The notes under the pieces are model-generated. The model made no database searches. It was not told where the DNA came from and saw nothing but the letters and a program-made list of their open reading frames with translations. The translations under genes and the position numbers were made by a program. A stretch of 64,000 bases of DNA from Candidatus Latescibacterota bacterium (GTDB lineage Bacteria; Latescibacterota; UBA2968; UBA8231), in NCBI GenBank assembly GCA_965208105.1, contig OZ242318.1, forward strand, positions 2,048,001 through 2,112,000, read 5' to 3'. Of this stretch, positions 48,275 through 59,206 are shown piece after piece (position 1 is the stretch's first letter; each line of letters opens with the position of its first letter).

Positions 48275-50082
48275 TCTTCGTTCTCCTTTTCTTCTTTTTT
48301 GGTGAAGAAAGCGTTTTTCTGGTGGTAGTAGCCAATGGCGAAGAGTGCTTGACGCTCCATCGTAAGCGTTGGCACAAACAGCTTCTCGGGTGTGGAGCAT
48401 TCGTAAATTTGGGTGATGTCCCGGTCAAGGCGAATCTCCGCCCCTCGACTTTTTGGGTCCTTCCGAAGTTTGGCCAAGTGGTTCATGGCGTTGCGTTGCA
48501 AGATAGGAAATACAGAACGCGGCGTGGCCGAAGCCGCCCCATAGTACTTATCGCGTATCGTGGCGTTGACATTGCCACCGAGAGCTTGCCTTTGCGCGTG
48601 CTCAAAGCAAGAAAATAGCCGACCAAGCAAGTAGCCAGGATCGACGTTTGTAGGATCAAGAGACACGAGATCATCCTCCTTTGTTGAGTTTCCAGCCGTG
48701 CGCCGATCGCGGCAAACCACGGCTTTGAGTAAGGCTACGCGCAGGTCCGTTATGGCTTTGTCTGACCGCAGGCGCATGAGAATCGTAGATAACAAGGTCT
48801 GCGGATAGGAACGACCCGTCAGGATGGCGCGCAGCATCTCCCCAGCGAGTTGGGGAGGGATATGTTCGTATGGGTTTTTCACCTTCGTCGTGGCGACCTC
48901 ACGTAGGCAGCGCCGAACGCTCGGCTGCTCTTGGCGTGGCGGCGGGTCAATACGCATATCCCGATAGTGCCAGAGGATATGCTCTGCAATCGTCGCAAAG
49001 TCGTCCTCCAGCCAGAAGCGAATCGAAATACGAGCTGCATTGGGGGCCAATCCCAACACATAAAAGCGCACACCTTGGGGCAAATCTGGACGGATTTCCT
49101 CCATGGGGCGGCCTCTTTTTATTTTTTCGAGGATAGTCTTGATGGCCTGCTCGCTTATTTCGTCGTCTGCGTCATTAGCGTCATTGACGGCGAAGGAAAA
49201 AATGGCCTCGCATTGCGCCTCGGCTTCTGCATCCGAGGCAACAGCCCAGAATACAGTCGAGGCGTCGCCGAGTTGGACTTTGTTTTCGTTGGTACGGAGA
49301 AAGTGGTTGAGCACAGTTGTATAGGCGGCGGCAGCATCCTCACTTACAGGCGCATTATCGCCCTGTTTATGCCCATACGACTCAAAGGCATCTAGATTGA
49401 AAGAGACGATGGACGCGCCGGCAGACTGTGCGCCACGCACCCCCTTGATCGAGGGATGCAAACGGGCGATAGGGGATAGATCTCCGGTCACCAAGCAGAC
49501 GGCTTGGCCCGACTCGTGATCCTGATTCATCTGCGAGGACCAGAGTTGACGTGCGGCCTCGCGGTCATGTATGAAGTTGTGCTCTCCCTTCAACCGGAAC
49601 ACCACATTGGCCCCCTTCATTTCATCTGGCCAGCCGAGGGCGTCGAAGTACTCTGGCTTCCACCATTGCAGGAAACGATAACAAGCCACAAGTCCTGCGT
49701 CGCTATCGTTTTGTAGGGCAAGGTGCCTGTTCTGAAAAGCCTCGTACTGGTTTTTCACCCGCTCGGCACGTCGCTCTCTGGTGTCTGGGTCCTCGCCTTC
49801 CAAGTCTTCCATAGCACCAAGCGCATACGACGCCTTGTCCCAGAGGAAGCTCGGCAACAGCGTTTTACCCGCCCGCTTTTCTGGTCGCGGAACTGAGTAT
49901 CGCGGGGCTACAGGTTTCTTCCCTGAGTGGTCTCGTAGGTCCATAGGCTGACCGTCGGGCTGGCCATCGGCTTTCAGGACGACGCAATAGTCGATCCCCT
50001 GGTCGGAATAGCCGATGGGCGGTACTTTGTCCTCTTTCTCGAGCCGGTGATAGGCTCGCTCAAGAGAAACTAGAATGCTCAT
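48271..50082 (-). CDS. cas8c: Type I-C Cas8c (Csd1)
   Basis: CLVTG, IVSFNLDAFESYG, GYLLGRLF and QALFAIGYYHQ. Confidence 0.96.
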   Translation of the reverse strand: MSILVSLERAYHRLEKEDKVPPIGYSDQGIDYCVVLKADGQPDGQPMDLRDHSGKKPVAPRYSVPRPEKRAGKTLLPSFLWDKASYALGAMEDLEGEDPDTRERRAERVKNQYEAFQNRHLALQNDSDAGLVACYRFLQWWKPEYFDALGWPDEMKGANVVFRLKGEHNFIHDREAARQLWSSQMNQDHESGQAVCLVTGDLSPIARLHPSIKGVRGAQSAGASIVSFNLDAFESYGHKQGDNAPVSEDAAAAYTTVLNHFLRTNENKVQLGDASTVFWAVASDAEAEAQCEAIFSFAVNDANDADDEISEQAIKTILEKIKRGRPMEEIRPDLPQGVRFYVLGLAPNAARISIRFWLEDDFATIAEHILWHYRDMRIDPPPRQEQPSVRRCLREVATTKVKNPYEHIPPQLAGEMLRAILTGRSYPQTLLSTILMRLRSDKAITDLRVALLKAVVCRDRRTAGNSTKEDDLVSLDPTNVDPGYLLGRLFSCFEHAQRQALGGNVNATIRDKYYGAASATPRSVFPILQRNAMNHLAKLRKDPKSRGAEIRLDRDITQIYECSTPEKLFVPTLTMERQALFAIGYYHQKNAFFTKKEEKENEE

Positions 50083-50738
50083 CGCAATACCTCCGGCGAA
50101 CTGGGAGAGGGAATTTCGACAACGCCCTGTTTCATCTCGGCCCAAAAGAAGAGCGGCTGTCGCTCGTTTGCGTGGTCAACATCCAAGAGCATCCAGCCCA
50201 AGTCGCGGCTTTCATCAATTGCCGGCGGCAGGTCGTCGTTCTCAATGAGTGTGTAGTCTGCGACAAATTCTCTCGTTCCGAGACAGGGCTGGTGAAAGCA
50301 CTGCCCGTTCCTAGCTCGGCGATTGAAGATGTCGAGATGCTTGCCCACGTTATCGCTTTCACTCGCTTCGTCCGTTAGGTCAAAGTGCGCTTCAATAGCG
50401 TAATCTACCTCGACTAGAACGGTGGCGGAGCGTTGCTGGCGATCATCCTCAATCTTGGTGTACAGGGTTTCAATGGATCCCTTGTTTTTTGCTGTGCGGA
50501 CGGTCCCCGTGGGAATTTTCTTACCGACTTCGTTGCGCCGAATTGACTGGAACTGAATTGGTTTGAGGACGTGAATACGGTCAATGCGCCAGACGATAGC
50601 CGGCTTCCAGTGAATGGCCTCCAAGATGCCGCGTGCCGCCGAAGGTGTCATTACGTCGTAAGACACTCGCTCGACCTTCATTTCCGGCCGAGTGAAACAG
50701 GCGTATCTGCCTCCCACCCGCAGACGTACTCCAAACAT
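50079..50738 (-). CDS. cas5: Type I-C Cas5 (Cas5d)
   Basis: ACFTRPEMKVERVSYDVMTPSAARGILEAIHWKP. Confidence 0.97.
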   Translation of the reverse strand: MFGVRLRVGGRYACFTRPEMKVERVSYDVMTPSAARGILEAIHWKPAIVWRIDRIHVLKPIQFQSIRRNEVGKKIPTGTVRTAKNKGSIETLYTKIEDDRQQRSATVLVEVDYAIEAHFDLTDEASESDNVGKHLDIFNRRARNGQCFHQPCLGTREFVADYTLIENDDLPPAIDESRDLGWMLLDVDHANERQPLFFWAEMKQGVVEIPSPSSPEVLR

Positions 50739-50801
50739 GGACTAACTCCTTTAATACGGTAATATGGTATTTCGATGCCTCCCGCAGGGAGGCCCTCATC
50801 A

Positions 50802-53023
50802 TTATATCAGCATCGCTTCACTGCCGATCGCATCCGCATCTTCCCAAAGAAGGCCAACATCTTCTCGATAAAGGCTCTTAGTTAGAAGAACGGCAAATTG
50901 ATCGCCGAGGCGTTCTCGTTCCGCAAAATTTACGTGAATATTTTTTACAAGTTGTTCCCGGAAGCGAGGAAAAACTTGCACAATATAAGGCTGGAGCCGC
51001 CGTGCCGCCGTGCCACCCTGCCCAGCCGTTTAGAATCAGCGAGATCACGAACGGCCTTACACGCTTCCTCTTCTCGGGCAACGATCACCGGCTCAAGTCC
51101 GCTCTGGATCAGACGAAACGTCTCGCCAACCTCTCGGAAGGAGAAAGAAGTGCCGTGCTTACTCATCTTGAACTTTTTCAAGAACTCATCGCCAAGCCCT
51201 TCTCCTTTGCGCCAGTACACCTCTTGGAAGTAGTCTTCCATAGCCTCCGGTGACAGCAGGTCATCGTGGCGACCCGTGATGCGCTCCATATCTCCGGCGA
51301 GTTGGCTCAACTCAGCCGGACTGGAATGTTCCGCTGGCCGGAACACGGTAACGATACTGTCTGCAATATCTCGTCGTCCCTCCCTATTGCACCGCCCGGC
51401 GGCTTGAGCAATCGAGTCAAGCCCTGCTTCGGCCCGCCAAACCCTCGGAAAGTCCAGATCAACACCCGCCTCAACCAGCGAGGTAGCAATCAACCGGCAC
51501 GGCCTTCCTGCCTTTAACCGCTGACGCACATCCGCAAGAATGCGGCGGCGATGCGCTGCGTATTGCCGCGTACTCAGATGCACTACGCCATCAATGTCTG
51601 CTTCACACGCTTGCCGAAAGAGGTCCAAGGCGTGTTTCCGACTGTTGACAATAACCATGCCTTGCGCCGTTTGCGCGAGGGTATCGCATAGGCTCTCGTC
51701 GGTGAGTATGCCCTCGTTGGAGATAGTGACGCGAGCGAGCTTCTGGTGCAAGAGCGGCGGGTCAGGTGCGAGTTCGTGGACTTGGACGAAGCCCCCTTTG
51801 AATTCAGGTGCCTTGAGTGCCGGTTGGGTCGCGGTGCAGAGTACGATGGATGAGCCATAGTTGCGAGCCAGTTCCTCGAGGACGGCAACCGATGGCCGCA
51901 GCAAGTGCAGCGGGATGGTCTGCGCTTCGTCGAGGACGATGACCGCACGAGCTAGATTGTGCAGCTTACGGCATCGCGATGGCCGATGGGAGAACAGGCT
52001 TTCAAAGAGTTGGACATTGGTGGTCGCGACGATGGGAGCGGCCCAGTCCTCCATGGCGAGCCGCAATTTTTCGGCACCCTCCCGCTGTGTGAATTTGGTT
52101 TCGTCAATCGCCGAATGGTGTTCGAGGGCGACACCCTCCCCCAGCACATCGCGGAAAATCTCCGCAGTCTGATCAATCACTGAAGTAAAGGGAATCGCAT
52201 AAACGATGCGATCAAGCCCGTGTGCTTTGGCATGATCAAGAGCAAAGGCGAGGGAAGTCAGCGTCTTGCCGCCGCCGGTCGGGACATTGAGCGAGAACAA
52301 GCCCGGAGGGTATTCTGCTTGAGTCCGAACATGCTCCAGAATTTCGCGGCGCAGGCGATTGACCTTACCTATGCTGGCAAGTCCGGTGAAGTGATTATTG
52401 AGTCTATCACATAGCTTATCAACTATTTCGGGAACCACGGGCCAGTCACGGTCAATGGTCTCACCTTTTGCGACAGCGTAAAAGCGTTCGGTGTCGCGGA
52501 AGTCTGCATCAACAAGACACGAGAAGATCATCCGCGTCAGGAAGGAAAGCGAAAATGCTCCGCGATCAGGAGTTATGGTAAAATTTTTTGGGAAGAGACC
52601 GGATACGTCAGGCTCAATTTCTGCCCTCCAGTCTAAAGCAAGGGGATCGAGTGTCTTCTTTAGCCGTTCATCAAGCGAATCAAGCGTGCCGGTATTGCTG
52701 TGCATATCTGGGAGGCCAGCGTGGTGTCCGGCGATGGCATAAGCAATGAGTTGCCCCATTGCCCGATCCTTATTGGTTTCTGCCAAAGTATTTACCAATT
52801 TTGCTCCGGCAGTCGCGTGATCAACCACAGGGCCGCCGTGTAGGCGCTTTTGGAATGCTTCTGTGTACTTGCCAAGATCGTGCAAAAGCCCAGCCAAGCC
52901 CACGGCCTTACCGGCTCCAAACTTGGCACCTAGTGCCTCCGCCTCGGCCTGAACCTTAACTAGGTGCTCCTTTAGTGGCTGCCATTTTTTTTGGTGACAT
53001 TTTAGGGAATGTGCATAGTACAT
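50802..53023 (-). pseudogene. cas3: Cas3 HD nuclease-helicase, C-terminus frameshifted by an 8-bp tandem duplication
   Basis: HDLGK, PTGGGKT, DEAQ and QAAGRCNR. Removing one GCCGCCGT copy (50996-51011) restores VARRLQPYIVQV...LYREDVGLLWE...* ending at 50802. Confidence 0.9.
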
Positions 53024-53193
53024 TCTATGTCCTTATTCATCCTATTCAAGACTATTGACCTGCCCCCACGAATGGTGCCAACTACTTGTATCTTCCAAAT
53101 GGGCTGAAGAGGCTTGCCTCTTGGGCAGGAAGTCCTACGGCGCCGGAGGAAGGTCCAGTAGGACTGATCTTCCAACCTTTACATCATGCACTG

Positions 53194-54330
53194 TTACTCG
53201 AAGGGTTGTAATGTGCCATTTTTTACAATCAGCACCTTCGGCTCATAAATTGCATCCCCGTTGGGGTCAAAAGAGAACTTGCCCAAGATGGTGTCGAGGT
53301 CTCTGAGGGCCGCGAGGGCGTCTCGAATTGAAATTGAATCGATTGATGGGGCCTTCTCCATGGCCGCGGCTAAAATATGAACCGAGGCATACGAAAACGC
53401 AGCGAAGGCGTTCGGCTCGGTGCCGAAAGTCGCTTTATAATTCTCAATAAAGGCTCGATTTCCGGGGGTTTTATCCGTTGGGAGCCACCCTGTAAAGGTG
53501 ATTGCGCCTTCAGCGGCGGCACCTGCCGCTTGCACCTCGAGGTCGGTCAATGAACTGACAATAAAAGGAATGGAGATGCCCAGTTGGCGCCCTTGAGTCA
53601 GGATTTTTGGTTTTTCGGGGGGCAAGGCGGAGACGAAGACCACATCGGGATTCACCTCCTTGATCCGAGTTAATTGGGCCGAGAAGTCGGCGTCGCCACT
53701 TTGGAAGGATTCCGTCGTGAGCACCTCAATATTGTTGGCAGTGAATACTTCCCGCAGGGTCTGGTCGCGATCAGTGGAGAAGAGATCGGTTTCGTCATAC
53801 ATCGTCGCCACCTGTTGATAGCCGAGGGATTCCTGCGTTGCCTTGACTCCTCTGGGAATCACCACATCCGTCGTGAGCGGAATGCGAAAGACGAAGTCGC
53901 CAATCGCGCTCAGTCCGCTGGCCCCAGATGTCGGGCTGATGGCCACGACTTGATGGTCTTGCGCAATCGGAAACGCGGCCTGTGTCGCACTGGAGGACGC
54001 GGGGCCGAGAATGACGGACACGCCCTTTTGGTGGATCAGTTGATTGAAAGCATCTATCGCACCCTCTGGGGTGCTGGCATCATCTTCCATGATGAACTTC
54101 AGGGGTGTCTGCCTGAATTGTGCGGTGTTGACTTCCGCGAGAGCGAGGTTAAAGCCTTGTTGCATGAGTTGGCCTGTAGCAGCCAAGTGTCCAGTTAGAG
54201 GCAAAACGACTCCGATGGCAATCTCGCCGCTCTTATCGGTGGCAGGATCGGTGGTTGGCGGCGTTCGCTCACAGGCGTAAAAACCTATGAGCACGGTGAT
54301 GATTGCCGCAACTAATGCGAAGATTTTCAC
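53194..54330 (-). CDS. Branched-chain amino acid ABC substrate-binding lipoprotein (LivJ/K-like)
   Basis: IGVVLPLTG, DFSAQLTRIK and FSFDPNGD. Confidence 0.9.
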   Translation of the reverse strand: MKIFALVAAIITVLIGFYACERTPPTTDPATDKSGEIAIGVVLPLTGHLAATGQLMQQGFNLALAEVNTAQFRQTPLKFIMEDDASTPEGAIDAFNQLIHQKGVSVILGPASSSATQAAFPIAQDHQVVAISPTSGASGLSAIGDFVFRIPLTTDVVIPRGVKATQESLGYQQVATMYDETDLFSTDRDQTLREVFTANNIEVLTTESFQSGDADFSAQLTRIKEVNPDVVFVSALPPEKPKILTQGRQLGISIPFIVSSLTDLEVQAAGAAAEGAITFTGWLPTDKTPGNRAFIENYKATFGTEPNAFAAFSYASVHILAAAMEKAPSIDSISIRDALAALRDLDTILGKFSFDPNGDAIYEPKVLIVKNGTLQPFE

Positions 54331-54410
54331 TGGTTATTCCCTTGTGATCTTGAAGCGCCTACGCCTTCCCGAGGACCTCAGATATATCCGCCTCCGGGCC
54401 GCCGCACACC

Positions 54411-55712
54411 TCAACGGAATTCAAATTCTTCCTTGTGAACACGACGCGCCGGCACGCCCCGTTTTCTCAACCCGCCGGAGACGGCGGTGACCATCGGCCG
54501 CGGACCGCAGAGGTAATAGCTCCAGTCCCCAAGCGCTCCGCCAAGGTCGGTCTCGATCGTGTCAGCGTCGATCCGTGCGCCGGCGTCGGAGTCGACCAGC
54601 GCGATGGTTACGCTGTCCAGTTCAGCCGAGAGCGACTTCAGTTCGTCGAAGAAAAGCGCCTCCCTGGCCGCACGTACGCAGTAGTAAAGCCGGACAGTCT
54701 TGCCGTGCCCCGGTTCCATCGTGCGCAGTACGGACAAAAAGGGCGTGATCCCTATGCCCCCTGCGACCCATATCTGCTTGTCGGAACCCTTCAGCGGATT
54801 GAACCGTCCATAGGGTCCCTCGACAGCGACATCGGCACCCGCCGCCAGATGGTCGCGCACCCGGCGGGTGTAGTCCCCTAGCACCTTCATGGTGATGCGA
54901 AGTCTGTCTTCCTTCGCCCCGGACGAGATGGTGAAGGGATGCGCTTCCCTGAAACCAGCCGCGTCAATAGTGATGAAGACGAATTGCCCCGGCTCGAAGG
55001 AAAACATCCCATCCTTCGGTTGCAGCACCACTTCGGTCGCACGGTCCAGCCTGTGGACCGCAGCCAGGGTGAAGTGGTGTTTCTCTTTCAGCGGATGAAG
55101 GAACTGCTTGTATAAATAGGCCGCCAATCCGGCCAGCAGCAGCACCGCGAGAACCACTCCGGGAGCGGAGAATAGCGCGATCTCTTCGCCGTCGTAGAGC
55201 ACCAGGAAGACGTGGACGCTGACGACGAAGAAAAACACGCCCATAAACCGGTGAGTCGTGATCCAGCGATGATAGGGAATTTTGCGGTTCAGGGTGAGGA
55301 GAATCAGGAGGGTGAAGCCGATCATCGCGATCAGGCCGAATAGGTCGATGGGCAAGTCTTCCTCTTCATCCAGAGACCCGTTTTCACCGGATACGGCACC
55401 GGTCGCGGCCACTTCTTCCTCCGGCCCGCCGGGGACGGTCGCGAAGTGGGCGATGAAAAGCAGCAGGGCGGCGACGCCAAGATACTTGTGCAGCTTGTAC
55501 ATCCGGTCGAGACCACCAAAGGATGTCTCTACTGCACGTGGGCGCGCCGAAAGAAACAGGCCCAGCGCCATGCAGATCACCGAACAGGAACCGACGAAAT
55601 AGGAAAACTGGGCGGCAAACGGCATGGCCGCCGCTATCACGTGAAACCAGTACAGCGCGGAGTATCCGGCAAACAGCGCCGCGACGCCCCACACACCTTT
55701 TCGCAGATTCAT
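54411..55712 (-). CDS. Ferric reductase-like transmembrane oxidoreductase (FAD/NAD binding)
   Basis: GGLDRMYKLHK, EAHPFTISS, EGPYGRF, AGGIGITPF, CGP and EEFEFR. Confidence 0.9.
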   Translation of the reverse strand: MNLRKGVWGVAALFAGYSALYWFHVIAAAMPFAAQFSYFVGSCSVICMALGLFLSARPRAVETSFGGLDRMYKLHKYLGVAALLLFIAHFATVPGGPEEEVAATGAVSGENGSLDEEEDLPIDLFGLIAMIGFTLLILLTLNRKIPYHRWITTHRFMGVFFFVVSVHVFLVLYDGEEIALFSAPGVVLAVLLLAGLAAYLYKQFLHPLKEKHHFTLAAVHRLDRATEVVLQPKDGMFSFEPGQFVFITIDAAGFREAHPFTISSGAKEDRLRITMKVLGDYTRRVRDHLAAGADVAVEGPYGRFNPLKGSDKQIWVAGGIGITPFLSVLRTMEPGHGKTVRLYYCVRAAREALFFDELKSLSAELDSVTIALVDSDAGARIDADTIETDLGGALGDWSYYLCGPRPMVTAVSGGLRKRGVPARRVHKEEFEFR

Positions 55713-55933
55713 GTAGTCACCGTGAGTCCCTTGTTCATTAACCCTGCCTCTCAGGAAATCAGAGAGGTAATCCAAAGAAGATGCAGACCAGGATTATCGG
55801 CTTGTTTTTGATAGTATTACGTACCCCGGTTTGCAACCTTCAGCGCAATGGATTAGTCCAGCGAGGGGTGAATGCTGTTCTACTGGGGATCTCGGATCAT
55901 TTCCATGGGATTTTGCGATTTCGCTCCTCCCTT

Positions 55934-56188
55934 TTAGCTCATTTCTTCAGAGGGAGTCATTCCCGTCTCAGGTCCGGGTTGTACCAGAATTGGACGGCCA
56001 ATGAGGGTGTCTAACCGATAATTCACGTTGTCGATGCGGGTATTGAAGTCACCGCTCAGGTGGTCAAGGCGCTGATGGATGCCGTCGATTCGACCATTTA
56101 AGCTACGGCTCAGCACAACGTACATGAACCACTGAAAAATCAGAAAAACCACCAAAAAGACTGGGATAACCAGGATTTCATCACTCAT
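55934..56188 (-). CDS. Small membrane-anchored coiled-coil protein
   Basis: One TM helix then RIDGIHQRLD...RIDNVNYRLD heptads; GGAG RBS. Confidence 0.6.
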   Translation of the reverse strand: MSDEILVIPVFLVVFLIFQWFMYVVLSRSLNGRIDGIHQRLDHLSGDFNTRIDNVNYRLDTLIGRPILVQPGPETGMTPSEEMS

Positions 56189-56209
56189 GATGTTGTTCTC
56201 CTTTCTCCA

Positions 56210-56332
56210 TTAGATTTGTCCCTCCAGGTGCCGATCAACGCCCTCATTGATTCGATCGATCTTTCCGTCTAGGTCTTTCCAAATGAACAGCGTCCACCCC
56301 GCCACAATGGCTGGGGTCAGATAGGCCTCCAT
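56210..56332 (-). CDS. 40-aa membrane-anchored peptide
   Basis: Own translation MEAYLTPAIVAGWTLFIWKDLDGKIDRINEGVDRHLEGQI*. Confidence 0.4.
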   Translation of the reverse strand: MEAYLTPAIVAGWTLFIWKDLDGKIDRINEGVDRHLEGQI

Positions 56333-56360
56333 TTCGCGGTCATTTCTACGGACCTTATCC

Positions 56361-58178
56361 CTATTCGGTTCCCGTCAGTTGGATCTGGAGACTCCGGGTC
56401 CCTTCGATATACAGACCGATTTCCTCCTCCGTGGAAATCGCTGCCACCGTGTTATCGGGGAAATCCGTTGGCCCTGGGTCACCAAGGGAACCCGGCGGCG
56501 CCGTGACACCACCGTCAGTAACGCCCCCCTCGTCCAGAAGATCGGGGGATGCGGAAAACCTCAGGCGCGCCTTCAAGATGATGTTCTCATCGGGTTGGTT
56601 CAGGCGGGAGAAGACCTCCTCCAGCGTTTCTTCTCCATCTCCGAGGTTCACCAATTCAAACGGACCGCCGCCGAAAAACCCTCCGTCCTCATTTCCCAGG
56701 GTGGCGGCGGAAGCCACCTCGAGCTCGTACCGACCCGGAGGGATCGTATCCGGTAGGGCGAGTTCCAGCCCGATTTCCCGGTCGATACGCCGGCCCACGC
56801 GCAACGAGACCGAAAGGGGCAGCGTGCTTCCCAGGCCGGCCACGGTGTCTGCGGTGACCTCCACCACCTGGGCGAAGCGAGGTTCCGGAATCATTTCCAG
56901 GTGGACCTCCGCCTCGCTGACCTCCACGGCGTAGTCGTTCCTCGTCATCAGTTCAGATAGCGCGAACGACAAATCGCCGGAGGCCGCGCCGACCAAGGAG
57001 AAAAGTCTTCCCTCCGGTTCCGCGTAGAGGCGGGTGCGGGCAAGCACCGAGTCGGTGCCGGAAAAGGAGATATTCGTTGTAATCTGGACGCTATGGTTCG
57101 GTTCGTTCTCGATCCGGTTGGTCAAGGGATTGAATACGGCAGTCAGGAGAAGACTGGCTGTGAAATACGAGTCGAGGCCGAAGGTGGGCATCCGGTGGGT
57201 CAGTTCGAGCTCGCTTCCGGAGGCGAAGGTGTATTTGCTCAAAATGGGCACCAGTTCGGGCTCCTCGCCGAGCACGCCGCTCACGGCGGGCAGGTGGTCC
57301 TCGGTCAGGATGCCCTGCACCGTCGGGTTCAAGGTCGCAAACTTGAAGGGAGCGTAAATGTTGGAGACCTCTCCGAGCACCTTGCCTTCGATAATGGGAA
57401 GCGCAGTGGATCCCAGGCTGGACAGAGGATGTCCGAACCCATATACCCGGTCGCCGGCGATGTAGGATATGGTCCCGAGTGCCGCGGAGGTGGTTTCACC
57501 GAGCAGCAGGCCGACCACCAGCGGCCGGCCGGCCTCAAAGCTTTCCTGGCGGTCGAGAGTAAGGCCGGCCGAGAGGGCCTCCCCAAAGGGGAACGAGCCC
57601 CCTCCGTTCACCGGTTGCAGACCGTTGGCTCCAGTGCTCACCAGGGGGATTTCCAGTGGAGTGACCCTGCCGCCGTCCCACGTGGCCGCGGGTTTGGCCA
57701 CCGGCACCGTTCCCCGGGAGCCGATCACCCATTCTATAGGGGTAGCAAAGCTGTAGTAAGGCGGCTTGTCCTGAGCATTGAATGCATAGGCGATGGCGCC
57801 AAGAGTGCCCTTTTCGCTAAAGACTGGGGAACCACTCATGCCCCGGGCGATGCCTCCGAGTTGGATCAGCACCGGGTCCGAGGATTCCACCATGATAATG
57901 GGCATGGGCGGCAGAAAATCGTCGACCACCTGGACAAAGAGCATTTCCAGATCGGCGAGCTGGCCGTTGGCGAACTCGGTGCGCAGGTACAGGGGAGTCC
58001 CTGGGGCCATGGCGCGTACCGAGTCGATCGGAACGACCGCCGAGAGATCCCAAGGCATCAGTTCACCGCTGGGACGCAATATCGGATCTTTCGGCGCGAC
58101 CGGTGTCGAATCCTCGTCGTCTTTTCCGCAGGACCAAAGGCAAATCACGAACGCGAGCAGGGCCCATCGAATCGTCAT
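56361..58178 (-). CDS. SpoIVB peptidase S55 domain lipoprotein
   Basis: Lipobox LWSC; GGIARGMSGSPV and GFGHP. Confidence 0.8.
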   Translation of the reverse strand: MTIRWALLAFVICLWSCGKDDEDSTPVAPKDPILRPSGELMPWDLSAVVPIDSVRAMAPGTPLYLRTEFANGQLADLEMLFVQVVDDFLPPMPIIMVESSDPVLIQLGGIARGMSGSPVFSEKGTLGAIAYAFNAQDKPPYYSFATPIEWVIGSRGTVPVAKPAATWDGGRVTPLEIPLVSTGANGLQPVNGGGSFPFGEALSAGLTLDRQESFEAGRPLVVGLLLGETTSAALGTISYIAGDRVYGFGHPLSSLGSTALPIIEGKVLGEVSNIYAPFKFATLNPTVQGILTEDHLPAVSGVLGEEPELVPILSKYTFASGSELELTHRMPTFGLDSYFTASLLLTAVFNPLTNRIENEPNHSVQITTNISFSGTDSVLARTRLYAEPEGRLFSLVGAASGDLSFALSELMTRNDYAVEVSEAEVHLEMIPEPRFAQVVEVTADTVAGLGSTLPLSVSLRVGRRIDREIGLELALPDTIPPGRYELEVASAATLGNEDGGFFGGGPFELVNLGDGEETLEEVFSRLNQPDENIILKARLRFSASPDLLDEGGVTDGGVTAPPGSLGDPGPTDFPDNTVAAISTEEEIGLYIEGTRSLQIQLTGTE

Positions 58179-58933
58179 GTCCGTTTTTCCTGTTTTCTCA
58201 TGAGGTTATGTCAGGCAGATTCGGAATGATACGTTAGGGGCTTAAATCTTTCAGCATCTGCAATATTTCAAGCCTGGCCCTACCTTCTTCCACGCCAAGT
58301 CTATTGTTTTCGGAATTTCCTACTTTGAGGTATTGACAACGAAAAAGAGGAGCGGAATGAATAAGATTACTCGCAAGCATCAATATAGAGAGCCAAAGCC
58401 CGAGCAACTTCTTCTTTCTCCACGAGAGGCGAAGCGTATTCTTGATCTGCCACCACTATCCCCAGCAAGTGATCCTTCAAACGCTGCTTTGTCTCCCAAT
58501 CCAGGCAAAGGATTAGCTTCATCAATGCCAGTGAAGTAGCAACGCTAAATTCGGGGTCTCGTAAGGGCCTATCATCGTTTCTTGGGTCCACGGTTTTCCT
58601 ACTCCTTCTTTCATTATGGATGGCCCAGCCAGGCGCGGAGTGCATCCCCATAGAATTTACACTCCGCGGAGAGAATGGCCTGGCTGGTGGGAATGGATGG
58701 GGCCTGCGACACCCCCAAGAAACTCCCCCGAGTCCTTTTCGCGCCGCATTGCTGGTCCCATCCCTATTCAAAAAGGATATCAAGCATTGCCTGAATTACT
58801 TACGGCTGAAGCCGTGCGGAAGAGAGCGGTAGGCCAACTAGTGCGCTGTTAATGAGTCGGCATTGAGTTTTAGACCTTGGCCAGTGATACCACGAAGAAA
58901 GAAAAATTACAAGTCTGAATACTTAACAGCGCA

Positions 58934-59197
58934 CTAGAGATTAAACCCGATCCGTCTTTTGCTGTCCAAAAGAGAATTGACTGCCTCGATAAGCGCCTCA
59001 ACAACCTCATTTTGTTTATCAATTCTTTCCTCCAAGACTTCAACGCGGGACGCAAGGCCGCCGGGCTCCCACCCATCTAGCTTCTTCAGCCGTTCAATGG
59101 CTTCGGTGATCAGCTTTACGTCTTCGGGAGTTTTGCTCTTGTAATCCCATTGCAGTCTTTCCTGAAGCCTCTCTATTTCCTTGTCAAATTGCCCCAT
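58934..59197 (-). CDS. Hypothetical coiled-coil protein
   Basis: 87-aa ORF ending in KRRIGF; stop codon lies in the 15-bp repeat copy. Confidence 0.55.
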   Translation of the reverse strand: MGQFDKEIERLQERLQWDYKSKTPEDVKLITEAIERLKKLDGWEPGGLASRVEVLEERIDKQNEVVEALIEAVNSLLDSKRRIGFNL

Positions 59198-59206
59198 TTT
59201 TATTGA

